Virus record (IMG/VR): IMGVR_UViG_3300024252_000004
Coordinates: 248,001 to 312,000 of that record
Length of the DNA stretch: 64,000 nucleotides
Strand: one strand, 5' to 3'
A program made the translations under genes and the position numbers. The notes beneath the pieces are model-generated. The model searched no databases and was not told where the DNA came from. It worked only from the letters and a program-made list of their open reading frames with translations. Every line of letters begins with the position of its first letter. Position 1 is the stretch's first letter. This document shows positions 19,592-29,802 of the stretch, one piece after another.

Positions 19592-21097
19592 ATGAGTTTT
19601 CTAAATATTATTCCGGCATCGGTTCTTACCGATAGTTACAAGGCTGGTCACTTCGAGCAGTATCCTGACGCAAACCAAATGACTGCATACGGTGAATTCC
19701 GTAAGCCGTTTGAGGGAATGGAGGATGAACGGATTGTCTTTCACGGCATTCGTTACATCGTTGAGAATTATCTCAACCGTCAGTGGACAGAGAGAGACGT
19801 AGAGAAGGCTGCACTGTTCTACAGCACACACAACGTGCCGTTTACAGAGTACCCTTTCCCGAAGGCTCTCTTCTTGAAGGCAGTCAGAGAGAATAATGGT
19901 TATTTGCCAATCAAGCTTGAGGCTTTGCCCGAGGCTTCGGTCGTGTACGCACACACGCCTCTGTATCAGATTACAGCAGGTAAGGGTACAGAGTTTAATG
20001 ATAAGGAGTTCTCGCGGATCGTTACGTTTTTCGAGACTCTTCTGACTCAGGTATGGTACCCGTCGAATGTGGCTACGCTTTCGAGGCATACTCGTCAGGT
20101 TATTGAGGACTATTTCGATCTTAGTGTCGATGCCGAAAATAACTGGCAGGTAGTATATAAGCTTCATGACTTTGGATTCCGAGGTGCCACTTGTGTTGAG
20201 GCAGCTTTGATCGGCGGTGTTGCTCACCTACTCTCGTTCGAGGGAAGTGATACAATGCCTGCCTGTTACTATGCTCAGTTTGAGCTTAATGACGGCAAGC
20301 CGGTAGCTATGAGTATCCCTGCAACTGAGCATAGTGTTATGACCAGTTGGGACACCGAGCTTGAAGCTGTGATGAACATGGTGGATAAGTACGGACATGG
20401 AGTGTTCGCTACGGTTGCTGATAGTTACGACTACACAGCTTTCCTGAGAGACATTCTTCCGGTTGTTGCCCCTCTTGTCAAAGAGAAGGGTGGCACCCAC
20501 GTTGTTCGTCCTGATTCGGGTGATCCTGTTTCGTGTGTGTTGGAGGCTCTTGAGTATTGTGAGAAGGCTTATGGCAGCTATGTGAATAGCAAGGGCTACA
20601 AGGTTCTCTATAACTCCGCAGTTATCCAGGGTGATGGTATCAATCACTTTACCGTGAGAGATATCCTCAAGGCTGTTACTGATGCTGGCTGGAGTGCAGT
20701 GAATGTTGCATTCGGTATGGGCGGCGGACTGTTGCAGAGACACAACCGTGACACCATGAGTATGGCAACCAAGCTCTGTCAGATCGAGTACGCAGACGGA
20801 CGTGTGCGTGACGTGATGAAGACCCCTAAGACTGACGATGGTAAGTACAGTCTTCCCGGTCGTCTCAAGGTCGTAAGAATCGATGGTGTGGCTATGGCTG
20901 TCCCCGAGGAATGCGAAGGCGAGAGTGAGTTTGTAACCGTCTATGACTGTGGACCTGTCGATGATGCTTGGGATGAGACTTTTGATGAGACTCGTGCTCG
21001 TCTGAATGCTCAGTGGGCAGCGGCTCCTAAGACTGCTAACGTTGTTAGTGAGGCTCTTAGAGAGAAGGCTGAAAGAATCATCAGTACGCGAAAGTAA
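19592..21097 (+). CDS. nadV: Nicotinamide phosphoribosyltransferase
   Basis: LTDSYK, LHDFGFRG, SIPATEHS, VADSYD, RPDSGDP, IQGDG, FGMGGGLLQ. Confidence 0.95.
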   Translation: MSFLNIIPASVLTDSYKAGHFEQYPDANQMTAYGEFRKPFEGMEDERIVFHGIRYIVENYLNRQWTERDVEKAALFYSTHNVPFTEYPFPKALFLKAVRENNGYLPIKLEALPEASVVYAHTPLYQITAGKGTEFNDKEFSRIVTFFETLLTQVWYPSNVATLSRHTRQVIEDYFDLSVDAENNWQVVYKLHDFGFRGATCVEAALIGGVAHLLSFEGSDTMPACYYAQFELNDGKPVAMSIPATEHSVMTSWDTELEAVMNMVDKYGHGVFATVADSYDYTAFLRDILPVVAPLVKEKGGTHVVRPDSGDPVSCVLEALEYCEKAYGSYVNSKGYKVLYNSAVIQGDGINHFTVRDILKAVTDAGWSAVNVAFGMGGGLLQRHNRDTMSMATKLCQIEYADGRVRDVMKTPKTDDGKYSLPGRLKVVRIDGVAMAVPEECEGESEFVTVYDCGPVDDAWDETFDETRARLNAQWAAAPKTANVVSEALREKAERIISTRK

Positions 21098-21160
21098 TAA
21101 TCCGGTACAATCCTAAGGGTAAGGGGCAGGTCATCTGTCCCCACCTTTAGGAGAGTACAG

Positions 21161-21439
21161 ATGTCAGAACAGAACGAACATGCCCCCGATGATTTGGTGG
21201 CGTTTAAGCTTGTCCAACATTTCACCATGCAGGGTGAGGCAAGTTATGAAGATTTTATGCAGAGAGTATCTGCCCTTAAGTTAATTGCTCAAAAGCTTGA
21301 CCTGCTTAGGCAGGCTGAAGTGAAGTTAGCGGAACAGGAAAAATACATTGAACAATTAGAAGGCGAAGTCGAGGTTCTCAGATCACTGAGTCCGACGAGC
21401 GAAGAAGTGTTGCAGGATTTAGATTCTACAACGCAGTGA
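21161..21439 (+). CDS. Hypothetical coiled-coil protein
   Basis: SD AGGAG; ORF track. Confidence 0.55.
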   Translation: MSEQNEHAPDDLVAFKLVQHFTMQGEASYEDFMQRVSALKLIAQKLDLLRQAEVKLAEQEKYIEQLEGEVEVLRSLSPTSEEVLQDLDSTTQ

Positions 21440-21443
21440 GGTA

Positions 21444-21926
21444 ATGATGTCCAGTGAGCAGTTTACATTTTTTTGGGATGGGCCATTCAGTCAGTGGTAT
21501 GAGTCATCTTTTATTATCGATAATGTCAGATACAACTGTGCTGAACAGTATATGATGGCGGAAAAGGCTCGCTGCTTTGGAGACAAAGAAGCTGAGCGAG
21601 AGATTATGAAGACTGACCATCCAAGGATTCAAAAGGCTTGGGGACGTAAGGTCAAAAACTTCAATGCAGATAAATGGAACTCTGTATGCAAGGACGTTGT
21701 TCGTAGAGCAACGGTTGCTAAGTTCACACAGGATGATGCACTGCTTCAGATCCTTTTGGATACAGAAGGAACCACTCTTGTCGAGGCAAGTCCTTATGAC
21801 AAGATTTGGGGAATTGGTCTTCAGGCTGATGATAAGCGGGCACAGTCTCGCAGTACATGGCGCGGTAAGAATTGGCTCGGAGAAGTGCTTACGTCTGTTC
21901 GTGACAGCCTTGGGAAAGCGGCTTAA
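21444..21926 (+). CDS. NADAR (YbiA-like) hydrolase
   Basis: FSQWY, AEQYMMAEKA, KAWGRKV, KFTQ, VEASPYDKIWGIG, NWLGEVL. Confidence 0.93.
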   Translation: MMSSEQFTFFWDGPFSQWYESSFIIDNVRYNCAEQYMMAEKARCFGDKEAEREIMKTDHPRIQKAWGRKVKNFNADKWNSVCKDVVRRATVAKFTQDDALLQILLDTEGTTLVEASPYDKIWGIGLQADDKRAQSRSTWRGKNWLGEVLTSVRDSLGKAA

Positions 21927-22249
21927 GCTTCTAACAGGATCTGAACAACAGTATCATTAGTATCTGCGGCCAAGAAGATGGAGGTTATGGCAGTATTTTT
22001 GATACTTCTTAGTGCAAGATTAACTTCGAGCCAAGCATCAGCATCGACAGAACCATGATGTGTGGGGCTTACGTCTCCATCTGTGCCATCGAAAGTGAAG
22101 AAACCTGCGTTTGTTTCAAAACGAAGTGATAGTTTCTTTACATATTCTGGCAAGACAAATTCATTAAGAGTGTCTGCTACTGCAAGATTCCATCTGAACA
22201 CTAATGGTAGTGACGTATCAAATTCGTCTTGGATAATTACTATTGCCAT
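21923..22249 (-). CDS. Hypothetical protein, isolated on the minus strand
   Basis: SD AAGGAG on the minus strand; no competing + ORF. Confidence 0.65.
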   Translation of the reverse strand: MAIVIIQDEFDTSLPLVFRWNLAVADTLNEFVLPEYVKKLSLRFETNAGFFTFDGTDGDVSPTHHGSVDADAWLEVNLALRSIKNTAITSIFLAADTNDTVVQILLEA

Positions 22250-22312
22250 TGGTATAGCTCCTTAGGGTAAAAGTTCAATACAAAGAAGATTATTAGCATA
22301 AGGCATCCGGGT

Positions 22313-22341
22313 TTGCTAAATTTCCCACAGGATGGTATAAG
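22313..22341 (+). promoter_or_regulatory. Sigma70-type promoter, repeated family
   Basis: TTGCTA-N17-TATAAG with TGn; 11 nt before tRNA-Ser. Confidence 0.7.
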
Positions 22342-22352
22342 CTAAATATCGT

Positions 22353-22445
22353 GGAAGGTAGGTCGATACGGCTTTTGCGGCGCCAGTTTGCTAAACTGGT
22401 CCGGCTTAACACCCGGTCAGGGTTCGAATCCCTGGCTTTCCGCCA
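22353..22445 (+). tRNA. tRNA-Ser(GCU)
   Basis: Loop TT-GCT-AA, long variable arm, G73-CCA. Confidence 0.9.
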
Positions 22446-22468
22446 AATGAAATTAAAAGGTAGGATAC

Positions 22469-23011
22469 ATGCCCGTATACCCAGGTGATAATAAGATCGT
22501 TAGAAAAAGCGACATGCTCCGTGATGGGAAAATCGTTCCATCAATTGTAGAAAAATGGGTTTCGCAGAACCTTGAGCACAGAGGTCTTCCTTGGGATTAT
22601 GAGTTCCCTCTTCAAGAGTACCTCGAAGAGGTCGTATCAGAAGAGACTATCGCCTTATATGATAAGTACAAGGATGGTGGCCTAATCTCAGATGGTAACA
22701 TGACAATGTTGCATAGAGATATGCTAAGTCTAACAAATATACAGCGAGGTGTTGTGTGGATCATACTTGGCAATAAAAGAGAGTTCCGAAGAAAGATCCC
22801 TGTCATGAAACGGAACTCACCTTTTGTTAGGATGATAACCGATACGTATGTGGAAAAGAGTAATACGCCAGGAGGGAGGTCGAAAGCTTCACTGGAAGCT
22901 TCATTTGCTTTAGACCCCATGGGAGTCATTCTTCCAGAACATTTTGATCTGGGCAAAACGCCGAAAGAGATTCTTAGAGATATTGTAGAAGTGGATAAGG
23001 AGAGACAATGA
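22469..23011 (+). CDS. Hypothetical protein
   Basis: ORF track. Confidence 0.6.
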   Translation: MPVYPGDNKIVRKSDMLRDGKIVPSIVEKWVSQNLEHRGLPWDYEFPLQEYLEEVVSEETIALYDKYKDGGLISDGNMTMLHRDMLSLTNIQRGVVWIILGNKREFRRKIPVMKRNSPFVRMITDTYVEKSNTPGGRSKASLEASFALDPMGVILPEHFDLGKTPKEILRDIVEVDKERQ

Positions 23012-23559
23012 GTTTGACACTAAAGGTAATTCCTTCTCAGGAACTAAATGATGAGTCGCGTTCGGTTGAGGCTGAAGAGTTTGGAGAAGACCTCCTAAGC
23101 CATATGGAGGATATGGCTCAGACAATGTACGCACATACTGGCGTTGGCTTGGCCGGCGTACAGGTAGGAGACATGAGGCGTATCCTTGTGGCTGACCTTG
23201 GATATGTGCGTACCCGTGTATATGGCGGTGACCTTCTTTACATGGTTAATCCAGAAATTGTTGAGCAGTCGGAAGAGGAAAACAAGGCTTCCGAAGGTTG
23301 TCTTTCTTTCCCCGGTCTTGAAGAGTTTGTGAAGAGGCCAGATTGGGTCGTCGTCAAGTTCATGACACCTCTTGGTGAGGAAAGAACTGAGAGGTTTCAG
23401 CAGTACGAGGCAAGGATTGTTCTGCACGAAATGGATCATTTTGATGGTGTTACGCTTCACGGAAGGCTCTCCAATTTTAAACGTAGACGGTACCAGAAGA
23501 CTCTGGTTAGCAAGCTAAAAGAGCTTGGAAGAATGCTATCGGATAAGGCAAGGCTCTAA
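23008..23559 (+). CDS. def: Peptide deformylase
   Basis: GVGLAGVQ, EGCLS, HEMDHFDG. Confidence 0.95.
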   Translation: MSLTLKVIPSQELNDESRSVEAEEFGEDLLSHMEDMAQTMYAHTGVGLAGVQVGDMRRILVADLGYVRTRVYGGDLLYMVNPEIVEQSEEENKASEGCLSFPGLEEFVKRPDWVVVKFMTPLGEERTERFQQYEARIVLHEMDHFDGVTLHGRLSNFKRRRYQKTLVSKLKELGRMLSDKARL

Positions 23560-23906
23560 TGAGTTTGGTTAGCAAGCCGTGGGGACATGAAGTAATTTGG
23601 TCTCATACAGAAAAGTATGTTGGCAAGTTGCTTGTAATCAACGCAGGCCATAAACTATCACTACAGTATCACGAGGTCAAAGATGAAACGATTTATGTTC
23701 TTGAAGGAACATTGTCTCTTCATGTTGGAGAAACAGAGGATACTGTAGAGGTTGTTGAGCTAAAGACCGGAGAGTCTTATCACATTACACCAGGAACCAT
23801 TCATCGTTTCGAGGCGAAAGAGCCTGTCACTTTGATTGAGGTTTCAACACCAGAGTTGGATGATGTCGTGAGACTAAGAGATGACTATGGTAGAGAGGGT
23901 ACTTGA
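23559..23906 (+). CDS. Cupin (mannose-6-phosphate isomerase-like) protein
   Basis: KPWG, LSLQYHEVKDET, IHRF, EVSTPELDDVVR. Confidence 0.85.
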   Translation: MSLVSKPWGHEVIWSHTEKYVGKLLVINAGHKLSLQYHEVKDETIYVLEGTLSLHVGETEDTVEVVELKTGESYHITPGTIHRFEAKEPVTLIEVSTPELDDVVRLRDDYGREGT

Positions 23907-24290
23907 ATGGCAGATACATTTGTCGAGTATTTGATTGAGAATTTTGCAGAAAGAGTAGGAAGAGTTAGAGGCAATTCTCTTAACGAGAAGGTGGCCTTTT
24001 TGAGAGGTAGATATCTGAAGACCGCTCTGGATGGCCGAAAGGAATCCGAAGCAGGAAATGATACCTCTATCTATCGTTCTGCTTATGCTTCTGCGCACGA
24101 AGATATAGGAAACATGCTTGTTGACTTCGATGAGTCTATCGAGTATCTTGAGACTGAGATCATCAGCTACATCGTAACGCTTATGGAAACTACCGCCGTT
24201 AATAAGACTCCATCCTCCGCAGGGTATTTGGATGCTTATGGCTATATGGTTGCCGAGCTTAGAAGGGCTGTGGAGGAATCAAATGTTTGA
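23907..24290 (+). CDS. Hypothetical protein
   Basis: ORF track. Confidence 0.55.
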   Translation: MADTFVEYLIENFAERVGRVRGNSLNEKVAFLRGRYLKTALDGRKESEAGNDTSIYRSAYASAHEDIGNMLVDFDESIEYLETEIISYIVTLMETTAVNKTPSSAGYLDAYGYMVAELRRAVEESNV

Positions 24291-25716
24291 GTTTGATAAG
24301 AGACAGCTAAAGAAGCTTTCTGAAATGAGAGCAGAAGGTGTCGATCCTTATCCCGTGGGGGAAAGCGGTGTGATGCCTCTGTCCGTAATTGATGGGCTAA
24401 GAGAGTTCTCGATGGGAGTTCTTGAGGGAACTGATCCTGTAAGAGTATTCGGAAGAGTTCGTTTTAAGAATGAAATGGGAAAGCTTGGGTTCGGAAGGAT
24501 CGAAGATGATGGCGGCCGAGTACAGATATGTGTTCGAAAGAACGAAGTATCTCCGGAAGCTTTCAAGGCTTGGAAGAGACTGGATCTGGGTGACTGGGTT
24601 TATGTCTCTGGTACATATGGTCGTACACGTTCGGGCGAGCTTACGATCTTCGTAACGGATATTAGTCTTGCATCGAAGTGTGTCTCCCCTATGCCTGATA
24701 AGCTGTCCGGCTTCACGGATGTAGAGCAGGAGTACCGTAAGAGGTATCTTCATCTTGCTGTATCGTCTGAGGCAAGGGACCTGTTTAAGCGCAGGTCCAA
24801 CACAGTCTCTCTCATGAGAAGGATGCTTGAGGGTCGAGGATTCATGGAGGTAGAGACTCCTATGCTCCACTCCATTCCTGGCGGAGCTTTGGCTAAGCCA
24901 TTCGTGACGCATCACAATGCACTTAATCAGGAAATGTTTCTTAGGATTGCTCCAGAGCTTCATCTGAAGAGACTGTTGGTTGGCGGATTCCCCAGGGTAT
25001 TCGAGATTAACAGATGCTTTAGGAATGAGGGAATTGGAACTAAGTACAATCCTGAATTTACTACGGTTGAGCTTTACCAAGCTCATGCAACATATGATGA
25101 CCTTATCGAATTGATCTCGATTATTGTTTCAGAGCTTGGACAGTTTGCTTCGTCAGACAATCCTGTGGACTTTGATAACATTACGCGAATCAGATTCGAT
25201 GATGCCATTCGGAATCTTGGGATTGAAGATCCTTGGAACGTCGATCAGCTAAGGGCATTCTGGGTTGCTAACCGTGGAGAGAGCGAAAGCTTGCCGGATA
25301 CTGTTGGTGATTGGTATGATATCATCTTCGATGCATTCATTCAGGATACGCTAATTGATCCTACCTTTATCACTAACCATCCTTCCGAGACTTCACCTCT
25401 CGCAAGAAAGACTGATGGAGACTCAAGGACTGTTGATAGGTTCGAGCTTTACATTCGAGGCATGGAAGTGTCTGATGGATGGACAGAGCTTAATGATCCT
25501 GTTGAGCAGGCTGAGAATTTCGTTCAGCAGCTTGCACGAAGAGAGGGCGGGGATGAAGAGGCTATGCTTTTTGATGAGGATTTTGTAAGAGCATTGAGTT
25601 ATGGTATGCCACCAGCAGCAGGAGTCGGACTTGGTATTGACAGGCTGATGATGGTACTTTGTAACAAGAAGAGCATTCGTGACGTAATCCTATTCCCTAC
25701 TCTACGTAGGGAATAG
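24283..25716 (+). CDS. lysS: Class II lysyl-tRNA synthetase
   Basis: OB domain, GFMEVETPML, LRIAPELHLKRLLVGG, FRNEG, GMPPAAGVGLGIDRL. Confidence 0.96.
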   Translation: MFEFDKRQLKKLSEMRAEGVDPYPVGESGVMPLSVIDGLREFSMGVLEGTDPVRVFGRVRFKNEMGKLGFGRIEDDGGRVQICVRKNEVSPEAFKAWKRLDLGDWVYVSGTYGRTRSGELTIFVTDISLASKCVSPMPDKLSGFTDVEQEYRKRYLHLAVSSEARDLFKRRSNTVSLMRRMLEGRGFMEVETPMLHSIPGGALAKPFVTHHNALNQEMFLRIAPELHLKRLLVGGFPRVFEINRCFRNEGIGTKYNPEFTTVELYQAHATYDDLIELISIIVSELGQFASSDNPVDFDNITRIRFDDAIRNLGIEDPWNVDQLRAFWVANRGESESLPDTVGDWYDIIFDAFIQDTLIDPTFITNHPSETSPLARKTDGDSRTVDRFELYIRGMEVSDGWTELNDPVEQAENFVQQLARREGGDEEAMLFDEDFVRALSYGMPPAAGVGLGIDRLMMVLCNKKSIRDVILFPTLRRE

Positions 25717-25728
25717 GGTTACTCCTAG

Positions 25729-27105
25729 GTGAGAAGACAACTTCAAAGTATGATTGCCTCAGAGGCTTTAACAGTAGGAAAATCTATGTCCGGAAAAGAT
25801 GCTACAGAACCGCTACTCACTCTTCGCCAGATGGTCGGAAGTGATTTCGAACTGACATATACCAGCGTAAAGATCACGGAGGAATCTTGGGATTACTTCG
25901 ACACATATGGGGAGGTTGAGCCTTCCATGCTTGTGTCTGAGTATGGTTCTTTTGATTCCAGTCTTTCTTTTGCTATCTATCCAGTCAAGCGAGCTTTCAA
26001 GGCCATTTATGATTTGATTGGTACGGCGATTAAGTCTGTTGAAGTCGTAGGCTGTAGCTATAGTTCTGGAAATTCACGAGTGCCATCGGCCGTTACTCTT
26101 CGAGTTCTTCTTGCGAACGATTCTCACATTGTTATTGGCATGAAGAGTATGCGCTCGGTTAATGGTAAGGAGATTCCTGAGAGATTCAAGAAGTGGTTTT
26201 CGGACGATGGGAACCTGTGGCTTACTACCTACTCGAACCTCTGCTATAGAACTGCTGATATAGAATACGTATATCCTGTTGCTAATGCTATTCGAAGTGG
26301 AGCACTATCAAATGGTATGGCAGCTTTTGAGAAGCCCACCGTCGAGATCATTACCATAAATGCCATGGGGCTTGATGTAAGGGACGTTGAAATCCGAAAC
26401 TCTAAAATGGATGATGAGGGTATGGCCCTTCACTATGGTGAGGATTTCCCCGAGTTTAACAAGACTCTTCTGGATGAAATGGGGGAACAGAATAAGGGAG
26501 TCGTTCTTCTGCATGGTCCGCCTGGAAACGGAAAGACTTACTACATCAGACACCTTGTATCTGCTCTTAGAACAAAGGGAAAAAGAGTCATCATCGTCCC
26601 AAAGCATGTGCTTGCGGAAATGGAAAGTCCTCAGTTCAATGATTTCATGATTGATGAGTTCTCTGAGGATAACGCTAAGGCGGTGTTCGTCATCGAGGAT
26701 GCCGAGTCTGTGCTTAGAGCGAGAGATAGCATGGGCGATGGGCGAGCGGTAGTTTCTACCATCCTTAACTTGTCTGATGGAATTTTGAATGATGTGTTCA
26801 AGGTTCAGTTGATCTGCACTTTTAACACCGAACTTCAGAACATTGATGGTGCTCTACTTAGAGACGGCAGGCTCCTTGCCAAGAGAGAATTTCTTCCTCT
26901 TGATAAGGAACGGGCACAGGCTCTCATTGATCATCTTGGAAACGAGGTCGAAGCTCAGGACGAGATGTCTCTGGCTAACATCTATGCTACCAATTCCGGA
27001 GACAAGAACGAAGTCCTGACCGGAGTTAAGGGACTGAAGAAGAAGAAGAAGATTCCGCCCGGCTTTCACAGCAAGGATTGGCTGAAGGAGAATGGATACA
27101 AATGA
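25729..27105 (+). CDS. AAA+ ATPase
   Basis: Walker A GPPGNGKT, Walker B VIEDAE, LNLSDG, arginine finger LRDGRL. Confidence 0.85.
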   Translation: MRRQLQSMIASEALTVGKSMSGKDATEPLLTLRQMVGSDFELTYTSVKITEESWDYFDTYGEVEPSMLVSEYGSFDSSLSFAIYPVKRAFKAIYDLIGTAIKSVEVVGCSYSSGNSRVPSAVTLRVLLANDSHIVIGMKSMRSVNGKEIPERFKKWFSDDGNLWLTTYSNLCYRTADIEYVYPVANAIRSGALSNGMAAFEKPTVEIITINAMGLDVRDVEIRNSKMDDEGMALHYGEDFPEFNKTLLDEMGEQNKGVVLLHGPPGNGKTYYIRHLVSALRTKGKRVIIVPKHVLAEMESPQFNDFMIDEFSEDNAKAVFVIEDAESVLRARDSMGDGRAVVSTILNLSDGILNDVFKVQLICTFNTELQNIDGALLRDGRLLAKREFLPLDKERAQALIDHLGNEVEAQDEMSLANIYATNSGDKNEVLTGVKGLKKKKKIPPGFHSKDWLKENGYK

Positions 27106-27587
27106 TATTTACAGATTCATACAAGTTGTCGGCACATATTGACAAGGTTCATCCTGGCACAAAGATTGTGTTGACATCTGGTGGCTTTGATCCTCTGCAC
27201 CTTGGACACCTACAGTGTATTCAGGGTGCGGCGGAGATAAAGGATGATGGCATTCTTGTTGTCGTATGCAATTCTAATGACTGGTTGGTCAGAAAGAAGG
27301 GCTACGCATTCATGCCTGAGATTGAACGACTGTCGATTGTTGATGCACTTAAGGGTGTAGACTATACTCTGGTTTGGGACGATGGAGGCCCCACTGTATG
27401 CGGAGCGATCGAAGCTATTCGGCCAGATATTTTCGCTAAGGGTGGAGATAGAGATAGCTCAAAGAATGTTCCGGAGTTTGATCTTTGCGAACAGCAGGGA
27501 TGCGAAGTTGTATTCGGAGTTGGCGGAGGAAAGATTCAGTCCAGTTCCGAACTTGTTAAGAAGTTCAATGATCGAGAGGGCACATGA
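27102..27587 (+). CDS. Cytidylyltransferase-like (RfaE/TagD family) protein
   Basis: GGFDPLHLGH, KGGDR, GGKIQSSS. Confidence 0.88.
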   Translation: MIFTDSYKLSAHIDKVHPGTKIVLTSGGFDPLHLGHLQCIQGAAEIKDDGILVVVCNSNDWLVRKKGYAFMPEIERLSIVDALKGVDYTLVWDDGGPTVCGAIEAIRPDIFAKGGDRDSSKNVPEFDLCEQQGCEVVFGVGGGKIQSSSELVKKFNDREGT

Positions 27588-28911
27588 GAGATCAACCTAT
27601 TGTAATTGAAATATATGATAAAGGATCTGGGAAGATAAAAATTCCAAAACTGGAACTTGTCGAACCTTTCGTAAAGATTATATGGTGGGAATACACCCTT
27701 TACACCACTGAGAGTCTCGCCAAGATTCGCACCATTGGCGGAGCCCCAAGGTATTACATTTTTCCAAATGAGGATGGAGGGGTTGATAGATTTACAGATC
27801 GTTCGAATCGCAGAAATCCGATGTGTGTCGGTAGTTTCTATAATCTTATGAGCAAAGAAGAGCAGTCTGAGTTCGATGAGAACATTGAAGTTCTGCTAGG
27901 GATTTTTGAAGCAAATGAGAACTGAACTACTTAAGTTTAGAGACATCGTTCACTCCAACACTATTCGGTATGCACTTCCTGGGCTTGAACTAATTGAGCC
28001 ATTCGGAGTAGCTCAATGGAACTCGACTTTAATATATTGCGCTCCTTCTCAGTTTCGTGAAAATGACAGATATCCTAATTCATATGCATATTACAATGCT
28101 GCGAACCGTCGACCATGCATAAAGAACGGGCGGGGGAATGGGTGCCTTTCGGAATTTATCAGCGAGATGACAGACGAAGAGCAGGCGCAGTTTAGAGAGA
28201 ACATTGTTGAAATCTTTGAGATTCTTGGAATAAAATGATTGGTGAATATCCGCTTGGAACATATTATAACGGAACAGGAAAGATTAAGATTCCTGGCTTG
28301 AACGGGCTTGGCCCCTTCAAAGCTGCTCTGTGGGCGAGGCACACAGTGTACTCCACAGATAGCTTGTGGGAAAGTAAATTACGCCGAGCGCCGTGGAATC
28401 CTCCATACATTTGCAAGCGTAATTATGATGATCCAGAGATAAGGATATTCGGAAGAAGGGACCTTGTTTGTTTGGGGAAATTTATCAGCTTAATGTCGGA
28501 TGATGAAAAGGCATTGGTAGAAGAGAACATTGATGAGATTATGAATGTATTGGGGATTTTATGAGGGCAGAAAGATTAATTTTACCGGAAGCTATCAGTA
28601 TATATCACCACCCTTTAAATCAGATGTATGTTATTGATGGCCTTGATCGGCTTGGTCCCCTTGGTTCCATTAGACTTAACTCTAGGTATCTTTACAGTAC
28701 GCCGGGGTTTGATCGGAAGCAGGGTCGCACAGCAGGGATGCTTCCGAGAACTTATTTTTGGGGATATAATGGTAGGCTGAGAATTCAGATTAATAACAAA
28801 TACATATCGAGTGCTTGTTTGTCTCGCTTTATGAAGGTGCTTGATGCACAAGAGCGATTTGAAATGGAGGAGGCGCTTCCAGAAATATTGGATCTACTAA
28901 ACTACAGATAA
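27584..28911 (+). CDS. Four tandem ~110-aa paralogues of unknown function
   Basis: Shared (K/Y)xIPGLxxxxPF/G near the N-terminus and a C-terminal F..xM..EE...ENIxEhh motif. Confidence 0.7.
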
Positions 28912-28916
28912 AGGGC

Positions 28917-29270
28917 ATGAAACCTATATTCGTAGAAAACAGTAAGATACCCGTATGGCTCAGTGCAGTCTCTCCGTTGGACGAGATAGCAGCGATTACC
29001 ATATTTCCTTTCGTCTTTTCGAGAGGAACGATTGACGAAGCCACTCGCAACCATGAGACGATTCATTTCCAACAGTACCTTGAAACATTGGTAGTTGGAT
29101 TCTTAGTTCTCTATCTTTTCGATTACCTAAAGGGATTGAAGAAGTATGATGATGGTGGTGAAGCTTACTATCAGATAAGAGCAGAGCAAGAAGCATATGA
29201 ATACGGTCACGAGCTTGACTACTTGGAGACAAGGAAGCGTTGGGAGTGGCTGAAAAAATACGAGGTTTAA
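28917..29270 (+). CDS. HExxH-containing hypothetical protein
   Basis: NHETIHFQQ, EQEAY. Confidence 0.6.
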   Translation: MKPIFVENSKIPVWLSAVSPLDEIAAITIFPFVFSRGTIDEATRNHETIHFQQYLETLVVGFLVLYLFDYLKGLKKYDDGGEAYYQIRAEQEAYEYGHELDYLETRKRWEWLKKYEV

Positions 29271-29271
29271 A

Positions 29272-29802
29272 ATGTCTTACGAAACTGATTTGCTTGCTGC
29301 ACAAGAATGGGCAGCAGAGAAACATGAAGGTCAGTTCTATGCCGGTGGTCCCTACACGGATCACCTGAATCATGTCTATCAGGTATTGATTCGATTCGGA
29401 TATAATCCTAACAGAGTAGACGCTGACAAGGCGCATCTTCAGCTTTCAAGAGACCTTACTATTGCTGCGTTGCTTCATGACATTGTTGAAGATACAGATG
29501 TAACTGTAAAGGATGTTAAAAAGAAGTTCGGCAAGAGGATTGCTTCTCTTGTTAATGGGGTAACTAATGAACCCGGAGCTAACAGGAAGATCCGTCATCA
29601 GAAGACTTACTACAAGACCAAGAGCATTCCCGATGCCTTCACTCTTAAGCAGGCCGACCGTATTGCGAACATTGAAAAGTGCAGAGCAACGCATAACGGT
29701 TTGATTAATATGTACCGAAAGGAATGGGAAGGCTTCAAGGCAGAGTTCGAGGGTTACGGAGATAAGTACATGTGGGAATATCTTGAGCGCATTATCTCTT
29801 AG
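29272..29802 (+). CDS. HD-domain hydrolase (RelA/SpoT-HD/MESH1-like), second copy
   Basis: KHEGQ, PYTDHL, ALLHDIVEDT, KQADRIAN. Confidence 0.88.
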   Translation: MSYETDLLAAQEWAAEKHEGQFYAGGPYTDHLNHVYQVLIRFGYNPNRVDADKAHLQLSRDLTIAALLHDIVEDTDVTVKDVKKKFGKRIASLVNGVTNEPGANRKIRHQKTYYKTKSIPDAFTLKQADRIANIEKCRATHNGLINMYRKEWEGFKAEFEGYGDKYMWEYLERIIS

